Source of the DNA: Octopus vulgaris
Taxonomy: Eukaryota
Assembly (NCBI GenBank): GCA_951406725.2
Contig: OX597832.1
Location: forward strand, 37,696,001 to 37,760,000
Direction: 5' to 3'
Length of the DNA: 64,000 bases
Shown here: positions 15,385-28,276 of the stretch, piece by piece
Position numbering within the stretch: position 1 is the stretch's first letter
Layout of the letters: the number at the start of each line of letters is the position of its first letter
Notes under the pieces: generated by a model
Database searches by the model: none
What the model was told of the DNA's origin: nothing
What the model saw: the letters and a program-made list of their open reading frames with translations, nothing else
Position numbers and translations under genes: made by a program

Positions 15385-15650
15385 ATATATGGGCACAGGG
15401 CGTCACCAACAGTAAACAACAGGAAATACGTAAACAAATGAGTTAAATACGCAAATAATGAGAGAAAAAAAATGACAAGTAATACAAACAATGACCCTTC
15501 ATCAGTTGTCGGTTGTCTATCTACTCCCTATTTCGAGCAATCAACGACAACGAGTCTTCGAAGACAGTTGCTCCCACAAACACCAAAATAAAATTTGGGA
15601 TTTATGGAAGGTCATACAGGAATGTTAGAGTACATAAGAAGGTCGCCTGG
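15385..15650 (-). mobile_element. PLE-terminus-like fragment related to P2
   Basis: Minus strand gagcaa...ttgctc-GAAAT-aggga-GTA-gatagacaaccgacaa-CTGATGA-agggtc; same motif order as 13133. Confidence 0.45.
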
Positions 15651-15671
15651 GAACGGCGTGTTGTCGGGTTC

Positions 15672-16040
15672 ACGTTATTAGACTGCGGCCATGCTGGGGC
15701 ATCGCCTTGATGGGGTCGAATGAATCAACCCCAGTATTAATTTTTGTTAAAGACTGGTACTTGTCCTGTCAAACTCATTTGGCGAACCGCTATTTTATGG
15801 GGTCGGAAATAAATCTACAACAGTTGTCAAGCGGGGGTGGGGGTATAGTAGCACACACACACGAAACACACACACAGACACACATATGCATGTATATACG
15901 ATGATCTTCTTTCAGTTTCCGTCTGACAGTTTTGGTAGCTTAGACTTTAGTAAAAGTCACTTGCTCAAGGCTCAAGGCGCTTCGCAGCGGGATTGAACCC
16001 AGAATCATGTGGTTAGGAGGAAAGCCTCTTATTACACAAT
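15672..16040 (-). mobile_element. SINE family A, diverged
   Basis: gactgcggccatgctggggca tail, ttctttcagtttccgtct body, gggattgaaccc B box. Confidence 0.8.
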
Positions 16041-16145
16041 GTATTTTTGTGTCTGTGGGTGTCCCGCCTCAACCTTTGACATCCGCTCTTGGTTTGTTTA
16101 CATCCTCGTCACTTAGCATTTATGATATATTAGCTTAGTGTTATA

Positions 16146-16465
16146 CGTGACTGTGTGGTAAGAAGTTTTCTCCTCAACCACATAGCTCCAGGTTCAGTCC
16201 CGTCGCGTGGCACCTTGACATCTGTTTTCTACTCTACCTTTGACTGGGCTGATCAAAGTCTTGTGAGTGGATTTTGTAGACGGAAACTAAAAGAAGCCTG
16301 TCATCTCTCTCACTCCTGTAACTTAGCGGTTCAACAAAAGGGTTGATAAAACAAGTATCAGCTTTAAAAAATTGGCCCTGGAGTCCGTTTGTTGAACTAA
16401 TCTCGTGAAGGCGGTGCCCCAAGATAACCACAGTGCAATGACTGAAACAAGTAAAGGAAGAAAAT
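16146..16465 (+). mobile_element. SINE family A
   Basis: gtgactgtgtggtaagaag...ggttcagtccc...ggcaccttg...gacggaaact...aatgactgaaacaagtaaa. Confidence 0.85.
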
Positions 16466-16493
16466 AAGAACGATTTCACACACACACACGTAC

Positions 16494-16566
<73 letters not shown>

Positions 16567-17127
16567 ATATTCCATGGATCAAGTGGCAAAAACAAAAACA
16601 ATCAGCTATGACATCATCCTCATATATCAACCTCTTTATTGAAGGTGTGATGTTGGGTTCGGCTGTTCTGTGTGGGAGAAACTCTCTGTCCTTTTAACAC
16701 ATTATATTGTTCTACCTAATCATTTAATATAGACTGATTTGGGGGTACGGTGAAGCCAGGTATTTCAGTATATTAGTGTCTTTTACCACACCTGACGTAT
16801 GAAATTGACTGGTGACACCTATATAGTCTTCTATTCAACAAATTAGAGGATCAATGATTTCTATAGAAATTCACGCACACATTCATAATACCTGTATACA
16901 AAGAGAGTCGTTATGTACGTATGTATATACAAATTCCGAATCATATGTACGCTTGTATATATAGTTATATACACATCATGTACACATAGAATACACGCAC
17001 ATATACTCACACACGTACATATATGCGTGTATATACATACATACATACATATATATATATGTATATATATGTGTGAGTATGTGTGTGTACATATATATAT
17101 CTGTATCTATATATATATATGTGTGTT

Positions 17128-17166
<39 letters not shown>

Positions 17167-17341
17167 TTAAAGAAGAATGTGGTTGATAGTGACGTCGAAA
17201 TTTCGGTCAGCTGAACCATTGTCGGCCGAAACTGTGAAGCCATTGTCAACGACTTTCGTGTTTAAGAATAATATATATGTACTCTACAAAAGTATAGATT
17301 AGTGTAAAATTGGTTTATTATAACTCAACATAAAAACAAAT

Positions 17342-17404
<63 letters not shown>

Positions 17405-17409
<5 letters not shown>

Positions 17410-17466
17410 GCGGTGCTCCAGCATGGCCGCAGTCAAATGACTGAAACAAATAAAAGAGTAAAAGAA
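17405..17466 (+). mobile_element. SINE family A 3' tail
   Basis: aaaggcggtgctccagcatggccgcagtcaaatgactgaaacaaataaaaga. Confidence 0.8.
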
Positions 17467-17574
17467 TATATATATACATAAAAGATGGAGGTGGAAATAG
17501 CACCGAAGTAAGTCTAAGACATCTCACTTTAAGACTGAATTTAAAAAGAATGATTTTAAAAATTATATAAAGGA

Positions 17575-17614
17575 AATATTACCGGTTTCGATGAGTCTTA
17601 TCCTATCAAATATC
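17575..17614 (-). ncRNA. Degenerate minimal hammerhead motif
   Basis: Minus gatat-TTGATAG-gat(aagactc)atc-GAAAC-cg-GTA-atatt. Confidence 0.35.
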
Positions 17615-17659
17615 AGTAAAATTTATAAAAGTTTGAAGTAAAGCAGTTTAGAAAGAGGG

Positions 17660-17729
<70 letters not shown>

Positions 17730-17801
17730 GTGTGTGATAGAGATAGAGAGTGAGAAAGTGAGACATAGACAGACAGACAAACAAACAAACATATAGATAA
17801 G

Positions 17802-17892
<91 letters not shown>

Positions 17893-19124
17893 GCAGATAG
17901 ATATTGCCCTGTGGGACATGCCCTTTATCAGATTGTGATTCATGGTCGCTAAGATTCAGCCACTTCGCACAATATCAGTCCCTCCTGTACGGCAAGACAA
18001 ACAGCCATGCTACCATGGAAACGCTGAATTCTTTTATTGGACCTTTAGCATGCAGCCACCACACAAAAGCAGGTGTAGCAATCATCTAGCAAATATATTT
18101 TACTAGCTGAGATTTTAGTCTTAACTCTGAGCATTGGTCTTTCTCCCATATACTTCTGCCATGTCCTTAATGAAGCAATGTTTTCTTGTACTTCGCTCTC
18201 CTTTCTAGTTCAATGACACCAACATTGTAGATTTGACTAGGTTTATAGATTTGAAAACTTTACAGTTCTGAATAAACTTCAAAGAACTCGAGGGGAAAAC
18301 ATTTAAAAAAAAAATTGATAAAGATGTAACTAGTATAATGCATTGCAAACTAGTGTTTGCTACGCATTTATGCATTATATATACGTGCATATAAAGATAT
18401 ATATGTGAGAACGGAAGATATACATAAATATGGAATGGAAATGGGCTCGCAGATGACAAGGACCAAGACAGGGCGAGAGCTGAGAGCACGTCTGCAACAG
18501 TTTGGCGTAGACTGGTGATCGTGTCTGAGGCTCTCGACTTTCAGCTATGAAGGACACGTTCATTCCTTCTTTCCTTCCTTCCTGCCTACCTGCCTGCCTG
18601 CCTCCCTTACCTGCTTGCCTTCCTACCTGCCTTTCTTCCTTCCCTCTTCCTTTCTTCCTTCTTTCCTATACATGTACACACTCAGATTTACATTCAGTTA
18701 CACTCACATATACGTACACATATCTAAGTGTGATATATATTCGCAGGCGTGTGTCGCGTTTCTAATTTGTACATTTTAATAGAAAGTTTCCCCTCTGCCT
18801 AAAATATAATCACACAGACACGATTTAATGTTAAGTTAACTGGCATTGAACAGAATTTAGTAAACTTATTGATTATAAAATAAACTCCAACTGAATAGCT
18901 TTAACGTAACCCGTGTATGGTTGGGTGAAGTACCACTACTTCCAAAATGATAAAGAAATGGATACTTGGATCGAACTGTGGTAAAGACATACCAACTGAA
19001 TATACTTAAAGATTCGAGACAATCTTAAAATTCGAAAGGTGATCGTGTGGAAAGATTACAGTGTTTGTAGAGGAGGCTTGTACGAGCATATGTTATAGGG
19101 TTTATCACTTAAGACGCACATACT

Positions 19125-19355
19125 AATGGAGTTAAATGCAGGTGTTATTCAAATTCTTTTACTTCCGACACATGTTTCGAAGATATCACTGGTATTACTC
19201 CAAAGGAATAAAATGGTGTAAAACAATGTAATCTTCTCTTCAGGTAAATGAAGAAATAAAACTCGTCAATAAGACATTTTAACAGAACCTCTGATAACTT
19301 CGAAACATGTGTCGGAAGTAAAAGAATTTGAATAACACCTGCGTTTAACTCCATT
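19125..19355. mobile_element. Fold-back PLE-terminus-like element P3 with ~64-bp inverted arms
   Basis: 19125-19188 is the reverse complement of 19292-19355 with about 2 mismatches. Confidence 0.85.
19163..19247 (-). ncRNA. Type I hammerhead ribozyme, canonical core
   Basis: Minus ttac-CTGAAGA-gaagat...atcttc-GAAAC-atgt-GTC-ggaa; 6-bp base of stem II, GUC cleavage triplet, stem I with one mismatch. Confidence 0.7.
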
Positions 19356-19357
19356 TG

Positions 19358-19388
<31 letters not shown>

Positions 19389-19489
19389 ATATGTATGTAT
19401 GTATGTATACAAATACACACACACACATGCATACACAAATACGTGTATGCGTGTGTACGTGTGTGTGTGTGTGTGTGTGTGTGTTTTTA

Positions 19490-19705
19490 ACTAGTTTCAG
19501 TCATTTGATTGCATCCATGACGGAGCACCACCTTAAAGTGTTCGGTCGAACTAATCAACCCAAAGACTAACATTTTAAGCCTGGTACTTATTTTATCGAT
19601 CGCTTTTGCCAAAACGCTATACTACAGAGACGTAATCAAACCAATACCGGTTGTCAAACAGGGGTGGTGGGAGGACAAACACAAGCACATAAAGACACAC
19701 ACACA
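19490..19705 (-). mobile_element. SINE family A tail, diverged
   Basis: gtttcagtcatttgattgc...ctggtacttattttatcgat...ccggttgtcaa. Confidence 0.75.
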
Positions 19706-20085
19706 GAATAAAAACAAATAGAAAAACAAAAAGACAAAAAGCTATCACAATTACACACCCGGATAGAAACATACGATACACACGTATAAGGGGTTGTGTG
19801 TACTTGTGACATAGAACATAACCCTATTATAAGAGCATTAATACCGCTGGTATTATTTTCAAGTGAATGATTATTTTAATCGTTCGTTATTTAGTTTATT
19901 ATAAAATGTTTAGTCTATTATTAATTATTTGCTTGATATTATAAATAAATTATTTACTAGTTAATGTATTTAATTGGAAAGTATTCAATTACAAAACTTA
20001 AATATCAACAGTTTATCAAATGAAATCTGCTAAATGAATTCACATATTCACTAAGTGATTTTTATATAAACACACATAAGTAGTC

Positions 20086-20139
<54 letters not shown>

Positions 20140-20279
20140 AAGTATGTATGTATGTATTATGTAAGTATGTATGTATATATTATGTAAGTATGTATGTAAG
20201 TATGTACGTATGTATGTATGTATGTATATATAAACAGATGTGTATATTTTTAACAGGTGTGTATATTTTTCCCTTGTTA

Positions 20280-20670
20280 ACAATTAACACGGAAAAATAG
20301 ATAAATAGTTACCAGGGTAGCAAAAAGTCACACTAGTAAAAAGGTTGTAACTCCTTGTTTTTAAAGGTAGAAACTCCGGGTTTACGTGAAATATTTTGTA
20401 TAATATATAAATGGAGTTAAACACAGGTGTTATTCAAATTCTTTTACTTCCGACGCATGTTTCGAAGATATCACTGATATTATTCGAAAATAAACAAAAG
20501 ACGAAGGCAGGTGGAGTACAAACAAACAAATGTACTAGTATAGCGCTCAGGAATAGAAAAAGTCTTTTACGTTTCGAGCCTACGCTCTTCGACAGAAAGA
20601 TACACAGACAAAAACAAGGCGAGAAACAAGGAGAGAAAAAAATGCGTGTTGGAGTTAACGATCTCTCATG
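20280..20670 (-). mobile_element. Composite of P3 (20280-20474) joined to P1 (20475-20670); HHR variant at 20563-20600
   Basis: 20409-20474 matches 19125-19197; 20475 onward matches 936-1080; minus tcttt-CTGTCGA-a-gagc(gtag)gctc-GAAAC-GTA-aaaga. Confidence 0.75.
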
Positions 20671-21733
20671 ACATACACATATATGAAAATATAAATACAT
20701 ATACACACACACACATGGATGTAAATGTATATATAAACATATATACACTTATGAGTTATAATATACATATCCTGTATATACTTATAACTTCATAGCTGAA
20801 CGTCTGTGTGTGATTGTGAGTGCATATTTAACGTCATATAGGTGTGTGATTAACTATATACACAAACATGTAGGACTGTATGTGCTGTTTGTAGAAGAGT
20901 GCTCATGGTTATTCTTTTTAATAATGGACGTGCGTATAACTATTTGTTTTCACGTATAGTTACATACCTACACAAACGCATATATGCACTCGCACACAGG
21001 AACGAACGCGCGTGCACACGACAGACGCATACACATATGTATGCATGCATATGTGTCTGTGTGTGTGTGAATGTCAAGTTGCATGTGCAGCATGTGCAAT
21101 ATGTTATAAACAATAATATAGGAATTTGAAAACAGAAGGTGTCATAAAACAAAACATTACCATCGTACCAACACTACCACAACCAGCAATAACTACAACA
21201 ATAATGTGAGGGAGGAGAGGAGACGGCAATATAAGTATAAAAACGAAAGAAATATACATACATATTATATACATACATACATATTTTTTTTAAAAGGGCC
21301 AATATGCAAATTTGGTAATTTGTGAGAAAATAATAAAGCATTTGAAATAAATAATTTTGAGTCATGCTTTTAATCAGAGATCTGATGAGAAGTTAAGTGC
21401 CGTAGGGCACATATACTTAATAGCGAGTTTACATCTGCGTATAAACACTATATTGTTGTATATATAAACTCTAGTGCATATATAGATATGTGCACACCAA
21501 CTGATGCAGATAATCAGACATGCACACCGAGGCGCGTACTTACACACACGCGCGCACACACACACGTTTACACATAAATATGCATTCGTTTATATATTTA
21601 TGTACACACATATACACACATAAACGCACACGCGTCTATACATAGGTACATACATATACGCATATAAGAAATGATACAAATTTATGCATGTGTGCATGTG
21701 CATGGCATGTTGTATATACATATAGATATATGC

Positions 21734-21814
<81 letters not shown>

Positions 21815-22162
21815 TATATATATACAAGTACATATATATATAATTATATATATATATTCATATACATATATGTATATATATATGTGTATGTGTGTGTATA
21901 TATATATATATATGTATGTATATATATAAACACACACACTCACACACAGATACACACACATTTGTATATGCATGCGTGTTATACATTTTCCGAGTTAGCA
22001 ATTGACACCGATTATTCAAAAGTAGAATTATGTACAGAAGGAAAAAAATGTCATACGTAATAGGTGTAGAGAGAGGGAGTGAAAGATCTATATATATATT
22101 TATATATATCCCTCTTTGCACTACATTACGTATGACACTCATTACATAAGCAAATGTTGAAC

Positions 22163-22232
<70 letters not shown>

Positions 22233-22273
22233 GGTTTGAAAATGCAATTTTAAAAGATGTTTATTTATAAGAT

Positions 22274-22323
<50 letters not shown>

Positions 22324-22331
22324 TATATATA

Positions 22332-22679
22332 TCTCTCTATATATAAACGGCAGTTTGTCTGTGTGTGTTTCTGTGTGTCTGTTTGCTTGTACCTCACCCT
22401 GACCACGGCTTTCAACCGATTCTGATGAAACTTGACACACACATAGCCCAATGTCATAATTCAAAACTAACGCAGCGAAAATTTTGAAAAGTTCCCCCAG
22501 TTCTGAAAAAATCGATAAATTCGACATGGGGTCGAGAATCATGTCTAGGGGACGCACATCGATTTTTAACTAAAAAAAAAATACCATCATTTTTTCCCAA
22601 TTTTTTGGCTATAACTATCTAAAAATGCTTTATAGTTATTTCCCTTACAAACCCGAGCAACGCCGGGCGATACTGCTAG
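22332..22679 (+). mobile_element. Non-autonomous Helitron
   Basis: A|TC 5' end; 3' hairpin cccg-agcaacgc-cggg 8 nt before CTAG|T; internal ccgattctgatgaaactt motif common in Helitron/Helentron derivatives; sits in (TA)n. Confidence 0.8.
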
Positions 22680-23063
22680 TATATATATATATATATATAC
22701 ATACACCCCATAACTTTACTCACACTTACATACACATACACACACACTCAGACACTCACACACACATATAGAGAGAAAGAGAGATGCAGGCATACATACT
22801 GGTGTGTGCGTTCGGGTAAATACTCGACACGTTGCCCGCACATACGTACAGACGAACATGCATATGTATGCATGTTAATATGGTGTGTATGTCTATGTAC
22901 GAGTATGTGTGTGTGTTTGTATGTGTGTGCATGTGCGTGTGTGTGTGTGTGTGAGTGTGTGAGAAAAACTCCCGTTCATACTCATACATATGTGGAAAAA
23001 AAAATATGTCTACGTCGATCCATGATCATAACCTCCTCCAATTGCAACAACATTGACAAAAAT

Positions 23064-23131
<68 letters not shown>

Positions 23132-24181
23132 CGGTGTTATCACTATTAACATCGTTCTGAAGAACATAAGTAAAAAAAAAAATTCGAATGAATAGAAGAA
23201 GGGATATGTTATGAAACAGAAGAATCCATGTTTTATATTTTTATATTTTCCTTTTTTTTCTGCTATTGTGTAAAATACAGTTAAATATTCCAGCAAAATG
23301 TTGCTTGTTTTTTTGTCTTTATTTTTTTTAATACCATTGCAATAATCTACCTGTCTGCGACTTTATTGACATCATTTCCGTCATGTTTTGTGGCCATAGA
23401 TGGAAGAAGAAAAAAAAATCAACAACTTTATTCTTATAGAACTAAAGTGCTTCGTGTCTGGGTTGTGTGGAAGGAAATTATTGCATGGAGCATGGTTGAT
23501 CGAAGTTAATTTGTGTGTGTGTGTGTGTGTTTGAAGGAGAGATATTTTGTGTGTGTATGTGACACTGTGTTGTTTGCTTCCCCGCTCCGCCTAAACATAA
23601 GCATACCGAAACCAAAAACATGTGCGCATGTGCAAACAAATTCACACATACATACATACATACACACATTCTGACGACAGTCATACTTTTTACGCTATCT
23701 TCAATATTATATACATATGTGCGTGAGTGTGTGTGTGTGTGCGTGTGTGCATGTGTGCGTGTGTGTGTCTGTGTGCAGGTGTGCGTATGTGTGTGCGTGT
23801 ATGTGTATGCAATTGTACAAATAAGCATATGCATGACTATGTGTGTATATTTATGTTTTTTGTATGTATGTATGTATGTATGTATGTATGTATGTATGTA
23901 TGTATGTATGTAGGTATGTATGTATATAAATATATAGATTATATATATATATAGGCAAATTTGTTCACCATTAGACATTGTCTAAATGAATGCGGTTAAC
24001 TTTTTCAAAAGTTTGATACGCACACATACACACTCACACACACGCACGCACGCCCACACTCACACACACATACATACATACATACATACATACATACATA
24101 CATACATACATACATACATACATACATACATACATACGTACGTACATACATACATACATACATACATACATACATACATAC

Positions 24182-24225
<44 letters not shown>

Positions 24226-24376
24226 TTACGTAATTTGTTTAATCGTTTAATCAATCTTATGTTTAATTAGTTGATCGATAAACTGATTGCGATAACCACC
24301 CAGTGTCCCATAAACGGCATCTAACTAACGTAAATGTGTTTATGCTTACATATATATATATATATGTGTGTGTGTG

Positions 24377-24409
<33 letters not shown>

Positions 24410-24524
24410 ACATATACATGAGTGTATGTATGTATATATGTATATACATACATACAGGTTGGTCTGATTCCTCTGATCAGAAATCTGCTGAATGAAACTT
24501 CAGTGGTAGGAGTAGGATTAAAGA

Positions 24525-24560
<36 letters not shown>

Positions 24561-24579
24561 GAAGTATATATATGAGTGT

Positions 24580-24620
<41 letters not shown>

Positions 24621-24861
24621 CTAGATAGTGTGAAAGCATTGAAATATTAGATTCTAGAAGAAGCGATTGTGGTTTGACTGAGCATAAATCATTTAAATGA
24701 AGTTGTTTTCTGTCCTGAGCTGAAGACATTTGTATTATTTGGAGCAAGCCAACAGAAACTTTAGCCTTATTTCCTATTTTCTCTCTGTCTCTCTGTCTCT
24801 TACTCTCTTTCTCTCTCTTCATCACTCTCGCCCCCTCTCTCTCTTGCTTTCTATCTCTGTA

Positions 24862-24896
<35 letters not shown>

Positions 24897-25128
24897 CTTT
24901 CTCACTCCCACTACAACTAGTTTATTACATTTGTTGGGCATTAAGTTCAGTAAACTCAGATTTATTAAGCAAAGTCTTAGAATTGTGAGGGACCAAATGG
25001 CAAAAAATATCTTCCACGTTTTCGATCCCTCATCATAACTAGATACTGCCATTTTTTCAGAGTCACAATACTACAGATCTTCAATATACATATATATATA
25101 TACATATATGTATGTATCTATATGTATA

Positions 25129-25218
25129 TAGAATAACAAGGTAGTCAGAATGTTGGATGATTATATATATATTTTTATTTATATAATCACACAACATTCT
25201 GACTACCTTCTTATTCTA
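25129..25218. repeat. 39-bp inverted repeat with 12-nt loop
   Basis: tagaataacaaggtagtcagaatgttggatgattatata / tatataatcacacaacattctgactaccttcttattcta, 3 mismatches. Confidence 0.85.
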
Positions 25219-25257
25219 AATATACAATATCTGTACATCACTTTAAACCCTCTCTCT

Positions 25258-25336
<79 letters not shown>

Positions 25337-25357
25337 GTGTGTATGTATATATATATG

Positions 25358-25463
<106 letters not shown>

Positions 25464-25504
25464 TATATATATATATGTATATATACATATATATATATAT
25501 ACAT

Positions 25505-25552
<48 letters not shown>

Positions 25553-25901
25553 TTCAAATACACATGTTCATGAAAGATCCCAGATGTACCTACGTCACAG
25601 CAAGAAATATAATGACAGCTGAAACCAATAAAAGTCTTCGTCTACCTCTGATAGACAATAATTCTAAGCAGGAGATCTATTCTTCTTTCTTCTTTCATTG
25701 CATGAAACTAGAAATAAGGCGCCTCCTTATATCAATGATCAATTTCCATGCATATGGATGTATGTTAAATGCAGTGGTGAGGTTGAAGTAGGTTTTTCTT
25801 GAGGGTGTAGTAATGATGGAAGAACAAAAACAAGACAAAACATTACAAGAGGGAGGAGTTTTTACAAAGATTGTATTAGCTTTACACTTGAAAAAGAATT
25901 G

Positions 25902-25941
25902 GTCTTTGACGTTTCGGACATAGAGTCCTTTATCAGAAAAC
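25902..25941 (-). ncRNA. Minimal hammerhead variant
   Basis: Minus gtttt-CTGATAA-a-ggac(tctat)gtcc-GAAAC-GTC-aaagac. Confidence 0.6.
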
Positions 25942-27241
25942 AATTGAGAAGGGCGGAGAGAAAGAAGTGAAAGTATTTAGGAGTCGGGTGGGAACAAAAT
26001 TCTATGGGGATGAGTTTAGAAGAGAGGAAGGAGAAAGGATATGCTGCTTATAATGGAGATTTGAACCGATTTAGGAAACAAACATTAAAAAAAAGCAAAA
26101 CAAAACAAGTTTGCAAGGTTATTAGAAACAGAAGAAACCGAAGCAAGTTCAACGTTTCGGGTCTTGGCACCGTGTCAAGAAAATAATAAAACGAACCAAG
26201 AGAAAAGGAAAACAAGTGAATGTGGTGGTAGAAGTGGTGATTTTAGTTGTAGTTATGGTAGAAGCGGGGAGGGGGGATTCTATAACGGACGAAGCATATC
26301 CAAGAAAATTATTATACGCGGTACTTTAGTACTGTAGTTAATTTGATCATTGAGTTTTAGCTGAGATAGAGGAGTGTTTCATTTATTCTCTATCGCGCGC
26401 ACACACAGACACGTACTTACAAAAATTCCACACACACACACACATAGTTAACGAGTGAAAGGAGAGGAGAGAGAGAGAGAGACACAGGCAATAATATAGT
26501 TATATTTGTCAACACTTCGTCGTTGACAAAGAAAAATCTATATCATTGCCTGTCTGTGTATGTTATTACAACCTTATACCGTACACACAGACACACAGAC
26601 ACACACACAAGTACACACGCATATATCGAATATCTTCATACCTTAAGACATTCCACTACTGACCAACACATACAGGTATATACGCACAAACGCATACACC
26701 GATGCACCCCCTTCAACTTTCGACATCTCTATACGAATGCAACTTAATCCGAACATAAATACATTTTACTTTTATCGCAGCAACCTGAACGTAACGCTTC
26801 ACTAAACTGCGTAACTCCTTTCTCTCTGCGATGTTAACTTTTACATCGGTTTTATACTTCGAGAGACATTGTGATCTACAACATTTTTGCTTTTTTATTT
26901 TGAGCACGTATTAAAAAACTTCGGGGATCACTTTACCGGCTAGAAATCACAGTCAAATCACCCAAGAAATTTCACTTTCTGGTGGACAAAATTACTAATG
27001 TTGCCTAAGGCTAATTGAAACAGTTTGGTCTGGATCCTCCGACCAGAGATCTGCTGAATGAGGCTTCATTAGCCGGGTGAGGGTTAAGCAACAGTATGAA
27101 AACACCTGAACCACCGGAACCACCACCACTCGTTGTCATTTAATGGTTAGAAATAGCTGCCAAGCCTTGCCGAAATCTTCAATATCGTTCTACAAAATGT
27201 TTATAAACGACTTGCGTAATGCACTGTCTGGTACAAGTGCT

Positions 27242-27296
<55 letters not shown>

Positions 27297-27358
27297 TGTG
27301 TGTGTTTGCTATATACCACACACACATACACACACAAGTATATATATATATATAAATA

Positions 27359-27391
<33 letters not shown>

Positions 27392-27398
27392 CTATCTA

Positions 27399-27469
<71 letters not shown>

Positions 27470-27639
27470 CAAGGTTGGCCAAAAGTCACCCGACAGTAAA
27501 TCAAAATTCCATAAATACTTAATATTCGTTTTATTTATTCATTCAATTAATAATTGAATGCTGTAAGTTAAAATTACCTTTTTTTCTTTTCAACATTTGC
27601 CTATTTATTAGCGAAGTATATTTTTTTGCTTTTGGGCCA

Positions 27640-27645
<6 letters not shown>
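27470..27645. mobile_element. Tc1/mariner-type MITE
   Basis: TA|caaggttggccaaaag ... cttttgggccaacccta|TA imperfect TIRs. Confidence 0.7.
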
Positions 27646-27704
<59 letters not shown>

Positions 27705-27706
<2 letters not shown>

Positions 27707-27870
27707 GAGTGGGTTCTGAAAAGTTCTTCTCTTTAGGGTATCGCGAACGGCCTGGTTGGAGGCCCAACTGCCTGAGTTTCTTTTTACAGGTCTTAGAAAA
27801 ACTGAAGGATCAGTGCAATAAGTGTGTGAATATGAGAGGGGAATATGTTGAATAAAATCATAATTAACTC
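27705..27870 (+). mobile_element. Internally deleted mariner element
   Basis: cgagtgggttctgaaaagtt TIR-like start; LEKLKDQCNKCVNMRGEYVE* (ends 27855) resembles the mariner transposase C-terminus. Confidence 0.75.
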
Positions 27871-28234
27871 AGTGTATATATGAATATACACTGCGAGAGA
27901 GATACACAAACACACATGTACTATTATTTATAGTATGAACCAATGAAGAAACCTTTATGTGATTACTTGAACTGCTAGAAAGAGCAACCAAATCTCATTT
28001 AATCTCATTAATATTATAATCGTTAAATCGAGGATGGACAGACTGGACAGTGTAGTTTCGACACATTATGCCCAGAAAGAGAAAAGTCTTGTTAGTCGAA
28101 GCTGGAAAGCCTTCGATCGAAATGCCTATTGCGCCATCAAGCCTGACCAAAGGGTTGAAGAATCAGTAACCGTCACCGCCGCCACCACAACATCAACAAC
28201 TGCAATCAGTAGTTCCTTTCTCGACACTATGTAT

Positions 28235-28276
<42 letters not shown>

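Noticed and set aside
17180-17250. tttcggtc...ggccgaaac hairpin ending in GAAAC
   Set aside because: No recognisable CUGANGA; may be a decayed PLE terminus but cannot be supported as a ribozyme
21382-21412. ctgatga followed by a hairpin
   Set aside because: No downstream GAAA box or stem I partner
22421-22432. ctgatgaaac as a hammerhead core
   Set aside because: No stem II between the boxes; it is part of the Helitron internal motif
25575-25790. Weak GIY-YIG-like peptide ([10 protein letters not shown])
   Set aside because: Similarity is too slight, and it is on the opposite strand to the adjacent HHR motifs
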